Origin: Candidatus Poribacteria bacterium
GTDB taxonomy: Bacteria > Poribacteria > WGA-4E > WGA-3G
Direction: 5' to 3'
Assembly: GCA_965207855.1 (NCBI GenBank)
Contig: OZ242310.1
Coordinates: 3,444,202 to 3,508,201, forward strand
DNA: 64,000 nucleotides
Position 1 is the stretch's first letter; every line of letters begins with the position of its first letter. The position numbers and the translations under genes were made by a program. This document shows, piece after piece, positions 18,113-27,509 of the stretch. The notes below the pieces were generated by a model. The model saw nothing but the letters and a program-made list of their open reading frames with translations. It was not told the DNA's origin and did no database searches.

Positions 18113-19183
18113 ATGGAAAAGACACATCTACTTCATGCCCCACATCTCCACGCAATTTCACGCAACATATTCGTCGCTGCCGGGGTCTCACGACACATCG
18201 CAGAGGATGTTTCTGAAATCCTGCTCAACGCCAATCTCGCTGGACACGATTCCCACGGCGTACTCCGCATTCCCGCCTATTTGCGCGGTATTGATGGCGG
18301 ATCCCTAAAGCCAACAGCCGAGCCCAAACGCCTTGAAGAAACCGCAAATACCCTGAGCGTTGATGGGCAGGGCAGCTTCGGGCACTATACCTCACGCTGG
18401 TCTATAAAGAAAGCCATTGAGAAGGCAAAAACCGCTGCCTCTTGCTCTGTCAGCATCCGCAACACCGGACATATCGGACGTCTCGGCGAATATGCTGAAG
18501 AAGCAGCAAGAGCCGGATGTATCTCGCTTATCACTGTCGGGGGGGGCGGTAGAGGCAGAGGCCCAACTGTGCCTTTTGGTGGCGCGGAAGGTGCTTTTGG
18601 AACAAACCCCATCGCTATCGGTGTACCTACTGGGGATAGCAGTCCATTTATTGTTGATTACGCCACGAGTATGGTCGCCGAAGGAAAAATTCAGGTCGCC
18701 CGAAGCAAAGGTATTGATTTACCTGAGGGGTGTATCCTTGATAAAGACGGGAATCCGAGCGTCAAACCCGCTGACTTCTACGATGGTGGCTCGCTTCTTG
18801 CATTCGGAAAACACAAAGGCTACGCACTCGCCATGTTTACATGCCTCCTTGGTGGATTGGCAGGAACGTTTGATGTGGAACAAGGTTCAATGAACGGCAT
18901 TTTCATGCAAGCCGTTGATGTCAAAGCCTTCACGCCTGTTGATGAATACCAGAAAGGTGTACGAGCCTTCTTAGATGGCATTAAATCCACACCACCCGCC
19001 CCCGGCTTTGACGAAGTATTAGTTCCGGGTGATTTTGAATACCGATCCCGAACCCAACGGTTAGTGGATGGTATTGAAATACCGGATACCATTTACAATC
19101 AACTCCAGGAGTGTGCAGACAAATTCGGCATTTCTATCGGCGAAGAGATAACCGAGGCGGAAGACAAGGCTCGCTATAAGTAG
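18113..19183 (+). CDS. Ldh_2-family (malate/L-lactate/L-sulfolactate dehydrogenase type-2, COG2055) oxidoreductase
   Basis: Signature segment NLAGHDSHGVLRIPAYL. Length is 356 aa. Confidence 0.75.
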   Translation: MEKTHLLHAPHLHAISRNIFVAAGVSRHIAEDVSEILLNANLAGHDSHGVLRIPAYLRGIDGGSLKPTAEPKRLEETANTLSVDGQGSFGHYTSRWSIKKAIEKAKTAASCSVSIRNTGHIGRLGEYAEEAARAGCISLITVGGGGRGRGPTVPFGGAEGAFGTNPIAIGVPTGDSSPFIVDYATSMVAEGKIQVARSKGIDLPEGCILDKDGNPSVKPADFYDGGSLLAFGKHKGYALAMFTCLLGGLAGTFDVEQGSMNGIFMQAVDVKAFTPVDEYQKGVRAFLDGIKSTPPAPGFDEVLVPGDFEYRSRTQRLVDGIEIPDTIYNQLQECADKFGISIGEEITEAEDKARYK

Positions 19184-19204
19184 CTTTGCAGGAGGCAATC
19201 CATC

Positions 19205-20242
19205 ATGAAAAGATTTATGTTTGAAGCCGCGGCACTCCAAACGTTCACAAGAAACCTGTTTGTCGCAGCGGATACCCCGCGGCGTATTGCTGATGATGTT
19301 GCTGAAATTTTGATAAAAGCCAATCTCGCTGGGCACGATTCACACGGTGTGTTGCGTATCCCGTCCTACCTTGATGCGATTGAAAACGGAGGGATCCGTC
19401 CAGCTGCTGAACCAGAAATCATCCGCGAAACCGACAACACACTTCATATTGATAGCAGACGCGGTTTTGGACATTATGCAGCACGTTATGCGATCCGTCG
19501 CGCCATTGAGAAGGCGAAAAGCACACGTACCTGCTTCGCAACGCTTACGCATACCAACCATATCGGCAGAGTCGGTGAATACGCACAAGAAGCCGCTGAG
19601 TCGGGGTGTATCGGAATGATCTCGGTCGGGGGCGGCTCAAAAGGCGGCGGACGTATTCTTCCTTTCGGTGGCGCGGTCGGTGCACTCGGCACAAACCCAA
19701 TCGCTATCGGCGTACCGACAGGTGATGATAGACCCTTCCTCATTGATTTCGCAACCAGTATGATTGCCAACGGCAAAACCTACGTCGCTGACAGCGAAAA
19801 TCGAGATTTGCCTGAAGGTTGTGTTGTTGACAAGCACGGCAATCCCACCGTTAAAACTTCCGAATACCGCGATGGTGGACACCTTCTTGCTTTCGGTAGA
19901 CACAAAGGCTATGCGCTTTCTCTTTTCGTCTGTTTACTCGGTGGATTGGCAGGCACATTTAACGTTGAGGCTGGACAAATGGGCGGTCTCTATATGCAGG
20001 TGATTGATGTCAACGCTTTCATGCCACTTGAAGCGTACCAAAAGGGTGTCCGTGCCTTTTTAGACAGTATCAAATCAGTGCCACCCGCTCCGGGTTTTGA
20101 CGAGGTATTAGTCCCTGGTGATTTTGAGGTCGACACCCGCACACACCGCCTCGCAAACGGCATTGATCTACCCGATACCATCTACCAGCAACTCCGCGAA
20201 TGTGCGGAAGAGTGGGGCGTTCCTATGCCTGAATCCCAGTGA
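19205..20242 (+). CDS. Ldh_2-family oxidoreductase, tandem paralogue of 18113..19183
   Basis: About 60% identical to the upstream gene (NLAGHDSHGVLRIPSYL). The 21-nt spacer puts them in an operon. Confidence 0.75.
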   Translation: MKRFMFEAAALQTFTRNLFVAADTPRRIADDVAEILIKANLAGHDSHGVLRIPSYLDAIENGGIRPAAEPEIIRETDNTLHIDSRRGFGHYAARYAIRRAIEKAKSTRTCFATLTHTNHIGRVGEYAQEAAESGCIGMISVGGGSKGGGRILPFGGAVGALGTNPIAIGVPTGDDRPFLIDFATSMIANGKTYVADSENRDLPEGCVVDKHGNPTVKTSEYRDGGHLLAFGRHKGYALSLFVCLLGGLAGTFNVEAGQMGGLYMQVIDVNAFMPLEAYQKGVRAFLDSIKSVPPAPGFDEVLVPGDFEVDTRTHRLANGIDLPDTIYQQLRECAEEWGVPMPESQ

Positions 20243-20262
20243 TTCGGTTTCCCAGATTAACC

Positions 20263-20291
20263 TTGACATTGCCCCGCTATGGTGTTATACT
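20263..20291 (+). promoter_or_regulatory. Sigma70 promoter TTGACA-N17-TATACT
   Basis: TTGACATTGCCCCGCTATGGTGTTATACT. It would give a ~230-nt leader carrying the conserved motif at 20426..20460. Confidence 0.55.
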
Positions 20292-20425
20292 TAACCTCGT
20301 AAAGTCAATTCTTTTTTTGAAAGGATGTAGGGCCTTGCGGCGGTAGCTAAAATTAGGATGCTTCGGATTTAGCAGAGGTGTGCGATATTAACGAGGGGAA
20401 GTTAGGTACAAATCCTCAATTCCCG

Positions 20426-20460
20426 TCGTGAATTAACCGAAAACCGGCTCGTAATGAAAT
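20426..20460 (+). promoter_or_regulatory. Second copy of the conserved 5'-leader motif TCGTGAATTAACCGAAAACCGGCTCGTAATGAAAT plus hairpin ATGCC..GGCAT
   Basis: See 18048..18082. Confidence 0.5.
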
Positions 20461-20530
20461 TATGCCTTAAACGGCATAATTTGTCTTTGCTTTACATTTG
20501 GAGAGCGGCCCAGAGCCCATAGTTAAAAGA

Positions 20531-21322
20531 ATGAATCTTGGACTCACAGATAAAATAGCAGTCGTAGGCGCGTCAAGCAAAGGACTTGGACGCGCAATCG
20601 CACTCGGTTTGGCACAGGAAGGCGCGAAGGTCACGATCTGTGCAAGAAATAAAGATGAACTGGAGACAACAGCAGACGATATTCGGAGCCAGACGGGTTC
20701 TGAAGTCTTGGCAGTTCCGACGGATGTTAGCCAACCAGAGCAGGTTGAAACCCTCATTAGCACAGCAATTCAGCACTTCGGGGGTATTGATGTTTTAGTC
20801 AACAACGCAGGCGGTCCCAGAGCCGGACGGTTTGACGACCTCGGCGCACAGGATTACCAAGACGCTGTTAATCTAAACCTAATGAGCACGATCAACCTCT
20901 GTCGTGCCGTTGTCCCGACAATGCAGGCACGCGGCGGCGGACGAATTATCAATCTCACTTCTGTTTCTGTCAAGCAACCTGTAGACAATCTCATGTTGTC
21001 GAACATGGCACGCACAGGTGTGATCGGGTTTGCGAAGACGCTCGCAACGGAGTTAGCACCAGATAAAATTCTCGTCAACAATGTCTGTCCGGGTATTATC
21101 TTCACCGATCGCATTCAGCAGCTGGCGACGGTACGTGCAGAGGAAGCCGGTATCACATTTGATGAAGCACTCGAAAGGATGACAGCGGACATCCCACTCG
21201 GTAGAATCGGCGACCCTCATGAATTTGCAGCCCTCGTTGTTTTTCTCGCTTCGGAACGCGCAAGTTATATAACAGGGACAACGATTCAGGTAGACGGCGG
21301 CATGGTAAGATCACTGCTCTAA
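20531..21322 (+). CDS. SDR-family oxidoreductase (3-oxoacyl-ACP-reductase-like); ATG start, track ORF begins at TTG 20498
   Basis: TGxxxGxG-type motif GASSKGLGRA. The catalytic S..YxxxK region is present. Confidence 0.8.
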   Translation: MNLGLTDKIAVVGASSKGLGRAIALGLAQEGAKVTICARNKDELETTADDIRSQTGSEVLAVPTDVSQPEQVETLISTAIQHFGGIDVLVNNAGGPRAGRFDDLGAQDYQDAVNLNLMSTINLCRAVVPTMQARGGGRIINLTSVSVKQPVDNLMLSNMARTGVIGFAKTLATELAPDKILVNNVCPGIIFTDRIQQLATVRAEEAGITFDEALERMTADIPLGRIGDPHEFAALVVFLASERASYITGTTIQVDGGMVRSLL

Positions 21323-21382
21323 ATACAAAGTAGTAGGCACACGTCGTTGTGCTGTAACAGTTGAGCGGAGGCGTGATGAACG

Positions 21383-22105
21383 ATGTTAGTGTCTGTAATC
21401 ATTCCTGCGTATAATGAGGAGCGAACCATTGGGCAGGTCTTGGAGGCACTACGCGCACTACCCCTCGAAAAACAGATTATCGTCGTCAATGATGGTTCCA
21501 CCGATGGAACATACGACGCACTTGAGCGGCTCCGTGAGGTTCATCAGTTAACCGTTGTACACTGCCAAGAAAACGGCGGCAAAGGATGCGCCATCCGTAC
21601 CGGGCTCCCTCATGTCCAAGGTGAAGCCGTGGTTATTCAGGATGCCGACATGGAGTTATCCCCAATGGATCTCTCTGAACTCTTGAAACCACTGGAACGG
21701 GAGGACATTCAAGTCGTTTACGGGTCAAGGTTTCTCAACGGACGCGGGAACGCCAGTCTTCATAATTTTATCGCTAACCGGGTGCTTGCAACTTATACAA
21801 ATCTTCTTTACGGATGTCGGATTACCGATGAATCTACGGGGTATAAAGCCTTTTCAGCGGAATTGATAACACGTTTAAATTTAACATGTGAGGGGTTTGA
21901 ATTCTGTCCAGAGGTTACAGCGAAAATTTTGCGCGCAGGCTATGGCATCCACGAGGTACCGGTCTCCTATTCCCCGCGGACGAAAAAGGAAGGCAAAAAA
22001 CTCCGATTCTGGTCAGACGGCATCTTTGCTGCCTGGACCCTCTTAAAATACCGATTTATTTCAAAAACCAAACTTTTCAAAAATACTGCGCAAGATAAAT
22101 TGTGA
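21383..22105 (+). CDS. Family-2 glycosyltransferase (polyprenyl-phosphate sugar synthase / DPM1-like)
   Basis: VSVIIPAYNEE...VNDGSTDGT...QDADME is the GT2 DxD architecture. Confidence 0.75.
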   Translation: MLVSVIIPAYNEERTIGQVLEALRALPLEKQIIVVNDGSTDGTYDALERLREVHQLTVVHCQENGGKGCAIRTGLPHVQGEAVVIQDADMELSPMDLSELLKPLEREDIQVVYGSRFLNGRGNASLHNFIANRVLATYTNLLYGCRITDESTGYKAFSAELITRLNLTCEGFEFCPEVTAKILRAGYGIHEVPVSYSPRTKKEGKKLRFWSDGIFAAWTLLKYRFISKTKLFKNTAQDKL

Positions 22106-22133
22106 TAATCTATATTTGGAGGTTAAATCGTTA

Positions 22134-23747
22134 ATGATGCTTAAAAAGGTGGTTTATGCCGCGCTGATCCTCTTATTCGTAGGTACGATCTCTACCGTTG
22201 TGTTTGGACACAGCGACCTCCCCACGCTTTTGGAGGATGTCAATAAAGATAGTGTGGTGAACATCCAAGACCTGGTGCTCGTCGCTACTGCTTTCGGACA
22301 ACCCAGAGACCGCAATGCGGAATACGACCCTGATGTCAATCGCGACGGAATCGTTAATGTACTCGATCTTGTTCGCGTCAGTAACGGTTTTGGACAGACT
22401 GCATCGGATGAAAATTCAGCGTATCACGATATTCAGGAATATGTCTTTGATAAGAGTTGTGCGAACAGTGTTTGTCATGCTGCGCCTGCCAACGCGGGTA
22501 ATTTAAATCTGACCTATGGTCTCTCTTATGAAGATTTGATCGTCGGTGTGCCACAGAATCCTGCTGCGGCTGCCGCTGGCATGAAACTCGTAGATCCCGG
22601 CAATCCAGAGAACAGTTTCTTGTTGACGAAACTGATGGGACCCACAGCACCGGAACAAGGCGCACGGATGCCCTTTGCGGGCGGCGTGCTCCACGATGGA
22701 AAAATAGAAGCAATTCGTACCTGGATCGAAGCTGGCGCACCACAGACGGGTAAAGTGATCGGGATGGGGGACCTCGCAGTCTTACGAGACCCTGAAGAAA
22801 TCTTTGAACCACCTGCACCACCACCACCCGGTGAAGGCTATCAACTTCATTTGCCGCCCTTCAGAATCGAACCCGGCACTGAACGGGAAGTATTTTATGC
22901 AACGCAAATCAAAGATGAAAATGGAGAGCCAATAGCGGGTGACATCTTCATAAATAGATATGAGATTTTCTATCCCGTGGGCAGCCATCACTTTATCTTA
23001 TATCGGATGACCGATGCAGCAATCTCAGACGGAATCCTTGAGATTGGCTTAGTTCCCGGAATCGGTGTTGATCCAACAGATCCTTTCCGAGAGTTAGACC
23101 CAGCCGACCCGCAGGCACTTGGAGACGGAGGGATTCATCGCTTCTTCGTTGCCGGATCACAAAGCGACGATCTTTCGCTTGCATTTCCAGAGGGCGTCGC
23201 CCTCCGACTTGCCGGTGATACGCTCTTTGACATGAATTCTCACTTCATTAATTTATTAGGGACCGAAACCCTAATTGGTGAGGCTTATATCAATATCTAC
23301 ACACTTCCACCTGAAGAAGTCACGCATGAGGTAATTGAGATTTTCGTTTCCAACACAGAGATTAACGTCCCGCCCGGGCTGACCCGTGTTAGCAAAATGA
23401 ATTGGTATATTGAAGATGAAATGGAACTGCAAGGCATAGATCCAGGGGCAACATTGAACGTCATGCTGCTCACATCTCACATGCATAGACACGGCGAATT
23501 GTTTGAAATCTTTCAACAGTCAACAGGGGGCTTGTTGCACCGGAGCGTCGCTTATGATGACCCACCGATAACCTTTTATACCCCACCGCTGGCACTTGAT
23601 GCAACCGATGGGCTCAGCTTTCAGTGTACGCATAGCAATTATGATCGGGATGTACCTCTTGAATTCGGTTTTACATCCGAAGACGAGATGTGCCTTATGG
23701 TCGGCTATTATTATGTGCCAACGAAAAGTGTTGCGGACAGTAATTAA
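22134..23747 (+). CDS. Secreted multi-domain protein: dockerin-like repeats + PSCyt1-like domain (degenerate C-x4-CH) + C-terminal PHM/DBH-like putative copper-monooxygenase domain
   Basis: Signal peptide. Two D-x-N-x-D-G/S-x-V-N-x-x-D-L repeats. The segment DKSCANSVCH...MPF..WIEAGAP fits the PSCyt1 pattern. Motifs SHHFILY, NSHFINL, SHMHRHGE and SEDEMCLMVGYYYVP sit at PHM-like spacing. GGAGG RBS; the track ORF begins at 22116. Confidence 0.5.
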   Translation: MMLKKVVYAALILLFVGTISTVVFGHSDLPTLLEDVNKDSVVNIQDLVLVATAFGQPRDRNAEYDPDVNRDGIVNVLDLVRVSNGFGQTASDENSAYHDIQEYVFDKSCANSVCHAAPANAGNLNLTYGLSYEDLIVGVPQNPAAAAAGMKLVDPGNPENSFLLTKLMGPTAPEQGARMPFAGGVLHDGKIEAIRTWIEAGAPQTGKVIGMGDLAVLRDPEEIFEPPAPPPPGEGYQLHLPPFRIEPGTEREVFYATQIKDENGEPIAGDIFINRYEIFYPVGSHHFILYRMTDAAISDGILEIGLVPGIGVDPTDPFRELDPADPQALGDGGIHRFFVAGSQSDDLSLAFPEGVALRLAGDTLFDMNSHFINLLGTETLIGEAYINIYTLPPEEVTHEVIEIFVSNTEINVPPGLTRVSKMNWYIEDEMELQGIDPGATLNVMLLTSHMHRHGELFEIFQQSTGGLLHRSVAYDDPPITFYTPPLALDATDGLSFQCTHSNYDRDVPLEFGFTSEDEMCLMVGYYYVPTKSVADSN

Positions 23748-23812
23748 ATAAATCATGCGAAGCGCGGAATCAATTGGATTACCAAACAAATTTGGAGGTT
23801 GAATTGTTAATT

Positions 23813-25429
23813 ATGATAAGAAAAACAGTCTATTTCACACTCATCACCTTGCTGATGGGCAGCTTCTCTTTTTTCGCACTCGGACACAGCGATCTCCCGA
23901 CGCTGTTAGAGGATGTCAATAAAGACGGTGTGGTAAACATCCAAGACTTAGTGCTTGTTGCTGCTTCCTTTGGACAACTCAGGGATCGTAATGCGACGCA
24001 GGACCCTGATGTCAATCGCGACGGGATCGTTAATGTGCTTGACCTCGTTCGGGTCAGTAACAGTTTTGGACAAACCGTGCCAAGTGAAAATTCAGCATAT
24101 CACGATATTCAGGAATATGTCTTTGATAAGAGTTGTGCCAACAGTGTCTGTCATGCTGCGCCTGCGAATGCGGGTAGTTTAAATCTTACCTACGGTCTCT
24201 CTTATGAAGATTTGGTTGGACAGGTTCCTCTGAACCCAGCCGCCGCGGCTGCCGGTATGAAGCTGGTTGATCCGGGCAACCCGGAGAACAGTTTCCTTTT
24301 GGCGAAATTGATGGGACCCGCAGCACCGGAACTGGGCGCGCGGATGCCTTTTGGCGGCGGTATACTCCATACTGGCAAAATAGAAGCTGTCCGCACATGG
24401 ATTGAGGCTGGCGCACCGCAGACCGGCAAAATAGCGGGTATCGGAGACCTTGGGGTCCTACGCGATCCTGACGAAGTGTTTGAACCGCCCGCGCCACCCG
24501 CCCTCGGTGAAGGCTATCAACTCCGTCTGCCACCCTTCAAGATTGAACCCGGTACGGAACGCGAAATCTACTACGCAACCCAAATCACTGATGAAAATGG
24601 AAACCCTATAGCGGGCGACATCTTTATTAATAGAGTTGAAATCTTCTATCCAGCGGGTAGCCATCACTTCATCGTGTATCGGTTCACTGAAGAGGGCTTA
24701 GCAAACGGGGTCCCAGAGAGAGGAATTACACCCGGAATCGCAGTTGATCCAGCGACGGATAGATTCCGTGAACTGGACCCAGACGATCCGCAAGTGCTTG
24801 GCAATTTTGGTGTTGATAGACTTTTTGTTGTCGGCACGCAGACGGATGATACGCTTTTTGAATTTCCTGAAGGTGTGGGATTACGGATGCCCGGAGACAC
24901 GGTTTACGACCTCAATTCCCACTACATCAATTTGCTTGGGGACGAAACATTGATTGGCGAAACCTACGTCAATATCTACACGATTCCCGAAGAAGAAGTT
25001 CAGTACGAGGCGGTTGAAATTTTCGTTTCTAACAGATCGATTAACGTACCACCCAAAACAACGCGCGTTTCCAAAATGACGTGGTACGTTGAAGATGAAC
25101 TCGAACGCCGAGGACACAACCCGGCAGCGGAATTGAGCGTCTTCTTACTCACATCTCACATGCACAGACACGGTGAGTTGTTTGAAATCAATCAGAGATC
25201 AACCGGGGATTTATTGCACCGAAGCATCGCTTACGACAATGCTCCGATTACTCTGTTTGAACCGATTCTCCGCTTAGGTCCAGACGATGGACTTAGATTC
25301 GAGTGTACCCACAACAACTACGACACGAATGAACCGCTCATATTCGGACTTACATCTGAAGATGAGATGTGCATTATCTTCGGTTATTATTATATCCCGA
25401 CTGAAAGTGCCGGAGAGATCATTAAATAG
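23813..25429 (+). CDS. Tandem paralogue of 22134..23747 (same domain architecture)
   Basis: About 75% identical across all the same motifs (AGSHHFIVYR, NSHYINLLG, TSHMHRHGELFEI, SEDEMCIIFGYYYIPT). The RBS context is also conserved. Confidence 0.5.
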   Translation: MIRKTVYFTLITLLMGSFSFFALGHSDLPTLLEDVNKDGVVNIQDLVLVAASFGQLRDRNATQDPDVNRDGIVNVLDLVRVSNSFGQTVPSENSAYHDIQEYVFDKSCANSVCHAAPANAGSLNLTYGLSYEDLVGQVPLNPAAAAAGMKLVDPGNPENSFLLAKLMGPAAPELGARMPFGGGILHTGKIEAVRTWIEAGAPQTGKIAGIGDLGVLRDPDEVFEPPAPPALGEGYQLRLPPFKIEPGTEREIYYATQITDENGNPIAGDIFINRVEIFYPAGSHHFIVYRFTEEGLANGVPERGITPGIAVDPATDRFRELDPDDPQVLGNFGVDRLFVVGTQTDDTLFEFPEGVGLRMPGDTVYDLNSHYINLLGDETLIGETYVNIYTIPEEEVQYEAVEIFVSNRSINVPPKTTRVSKMTWYVEDELERRGHNPAAELSVFLLTSHMHRHGELFEINQRSTGDLLHRSIAYDNAPITLFEPILRLGPDDGLRFECTHNNYDTNEPLIFGLTSEDEMCIIFGYYYIPTESAGEIIK

Positions 25430-25456
25430 GACCGATTTCATAAATGTGGAGAAGCG

Positions 25457-25486
25457 CGCTTCATAGGCGCGCTTTTCTCTTATCTT
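25457..25486 (+). terminator. Rho-independent terminator AAGCGCGCTTCATAGGCGCGCTTTTCTC
   Basis: An 8-bp GC stem plus a T-run. Confidence 0.6.
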
Positions 25487-25488
25487 AG

Positions 25489-27363
25489 ATGGAAACCACT
25501 CATTCAAGAAAAAATAACTTCATAGATGCCCTCACACATCGGATTTTGGTGTGTGATGGTGCTATCGGAACCGAAATCCGCAAGCAGGTACCAGCACATC
25601 TGCAATGTGTTGATGCCTGTAATATCTCTACTGAATACGCCGAGAAAGTCTCAATGGTTCATCGCGCATACGCTGCTGCCGGTGCCGATGTTATTCAAAC
25701 CAATACCTATCAGGCAAACAGCGAAGCGTTAGCTGTTCACGGCTTGGCTGAGCAGGTTGAAGAAATTAACAGAAGCGGTGTGAGCCTCGCACGTGCTGCT
25801 GTGCCGAAGACTTGCTATGTAGCCGGTTCCGTTGGACCGATCTCTTTCCAAACCTTAGATACCACACTGCCCGCAACGAAGGCAATCAGGCGCATCTTCA
25901 AACAGCAAATGGATGCCCTTGTTGATGAAGGCGTTGATCTTCTCGTCCTTGAGACTTTCGTTTCTCCCAGACAAGCAGAAATCGCCGCGAAGCAAGCCCT
26001 CACTTACGATGTCCCTGTCGTCGTTGAAATCAGTGGCGTTTCAGGCGGCACAGTAGGTGCCGGGGTTGATGTCCGGGTCTTTGCACAAGAGCTCGAACAA
26101 CTCGGCGCACACGCGGTCGGGGTCAATTGCCGCGGTCCACACGACCTTGTCGAGGCGATGGAACTCCTTGCACCTGTCATCAAGGTTCCTATCGCTGTAC
26201 AACCCAACGCTGGCAATCCGAGAGTCGAACAGGGCGAAGTGGCACTCTCTTATACAGTCGAGGCAGAAGTTTTCAGCGATTACGTTGGAAAATTGATTGA
26301 ACTTGGCGCGAACATGATTGGCGGTTGCTGCGGCACGACCCCCGCTTATGTGGCGAAAATCCGTCAGGCTGTTAGAGAACGTGAACCTGTTGAACGGCAA
26401 CAACGGATCTTCGTCCTTCCAAAGATTCGCGCAACCTCGAAAGTCCGGACGGATAATCCTGTGCAACAGGTGTTTGAAACGCGAGAGCAGATCATAAGTG
26501 TTGAAATGCGCGCCAATACATTTCCACAGTTTCGAGCGATGTTGCGTGAGGCGAAAAAACTCGCTGCCATCGGTGTCGATCTGTTTGATGTAACCGACAA
26601 TTCCGGTGCTGCTGTGAATATTGGAGCCGTCGGTACAGCATACCGACTTCAGCAGACAACACAAATTCCGACGCTCATCCATTGGACAACCCGCTCGCGG
26701 AATCTCATTAGTATGCAATCGCATTTACTCGAAGCAGAGGCGTTGGGTATTCGTGGCATTGTTGCGCTCTCTGGCGACCATCCAAAAGTAGGTCCCTATG
26801 AAGCGGCGAGCCTCGTCCCGGATGTCCGAGGTGCCGTTCAATTGATGAAACTCATTGCACGTCTGAATCAAGGTGAACTCGCTGACGGTTCATCTATTGG
26901 CGATCCGTGTGGATTCTATTACGGCGGCGGTTTTACGGTTGCTGAGAACCTTCAACCCCACGTCAAACATCTCACAAATAAGGTGAAGCAAGGCGCAAAA
27001 TTTGCCTATACGCAACCGGTCTGGACTTATGAAGATATCGTTCGGACCCAGCAAGCGACGGAACATCTTGGTATAAAATTGCTTTACGGCATCCTACCGC
27101 TCACCAGTTTCCGCAGTGCCTCCTATCTACGCGACAATTTGGGACTCTATATCCCTCAGTTTATCGTTGACAAATTTCGAGACCTTGAGGATACCGCCGC
27201 ACACGAACTCGGTATCCGGTTGTGTTTGGAGTTAATTCGCGACATCCGTAATCAAAATGAATGTAAAATTGATGGTATCTATCTCATCCCACCTGCTCTC
27301 ATGAATTGGAAAAACAGAGTCAGGATCATCTCAGAGATCGTTAAAACCTACCGTTTTTTTTAA
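25489..27363 (+). CDS. Bifunctional homocysteine S-methyltransferase / 5,10-methylenetetrahydrofolate reductase (YitJ-like fusion)
   Basis: The N-terminal half (ILVCDGAIGTE..GCCGTTP) is a Hcy-binding methyltransferase domain. The C-terminal half is an MTHFR/MetF domain (LSGDHPKVG). Confidence 0.8.
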   Translation: METTHSRKNNFIDALTHRILVCDGAIGTEIRKQVPAHLQCVDACNISTEYAEKVSMVHRAYAAAGADVIQTNTYQANSEALAVHGLAEQVEEINRSGVSLARAAVPKTCYVAGSVGPISFQTLDTTLPATKAIRRIFKQQMDALVDEGVDLLVLETFVSPRQAEIAAKQALTYDVPVVVEISGVSGGTVGAGVDVRVFAQELEQLGAHAVGVNCRGPHDLVEAMELLAPVIKVPIAVQPNAGNPRVEQGEVALSYTVEAEVFSDYVGKLIELGANMIGGCCGTTPAYVAKIRQAVREREPVERQQRIFVLPKIRATSKVRTDNPVQQVFETREQIISVEMRANTFPQFRAMLREAKKLAAIGVDLFDVTDNSGAAVNIGAVGTAYRLQQTTQIPTLIHWTTRSRNLISMQSHLLEAEALGIRGIVALSGDHPKVGPYEAASLVPDVRGAVQLMKLIARLNQGELADGSSIGDPCGFYYGGGFTVAENLQPHVKHLTNKVKQGAKFAYTQPVWTYEDIVRTQQATEHLGIKLLYGILPLTSFRSASYLRDNLGLYIPQFIVDKFRDLEDTAAHELGIRLCLELIRDIRNQNECKIDGIYLIPPALMNWKNRVRIISEIVKTYRFF

Positions 27364-27377
27364 ACTATTGAATCTGA

Positions 27378-27412
27378 GCACCGCTCCACTACGTTCCGCG
27401 GTGGTTTTTGGT
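27378..27412 (+). terminator. Rho-independent terminator (CACCGC...GCGGTG + TTTTTGG)
   Basis: Hairpin followed by a T-run after the stop at 27363. Confidence 0.5.
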
Positions 27413-27509
27413 CAATTCCAACCTACTCCAGGTGCTCAAGGCTTTCTGACTTCACCAGACACTATCGTGAAACGAAGTGGAACGATAACCAGAGTTAATA
27501 ATTAAAAAT

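Noticed and set aside
26041-26724. 227-aa minus-strand ORF inside the Hcy-methyltransferase/MTHFR gene (and similar antisense ORFs 6282..6857, 16763..17428, 32994..33620, 15351..15932)
   Set aside because: Each is fully nested antisense to a well-supported conserved gene, and none has recognisable motifs or an RBS.
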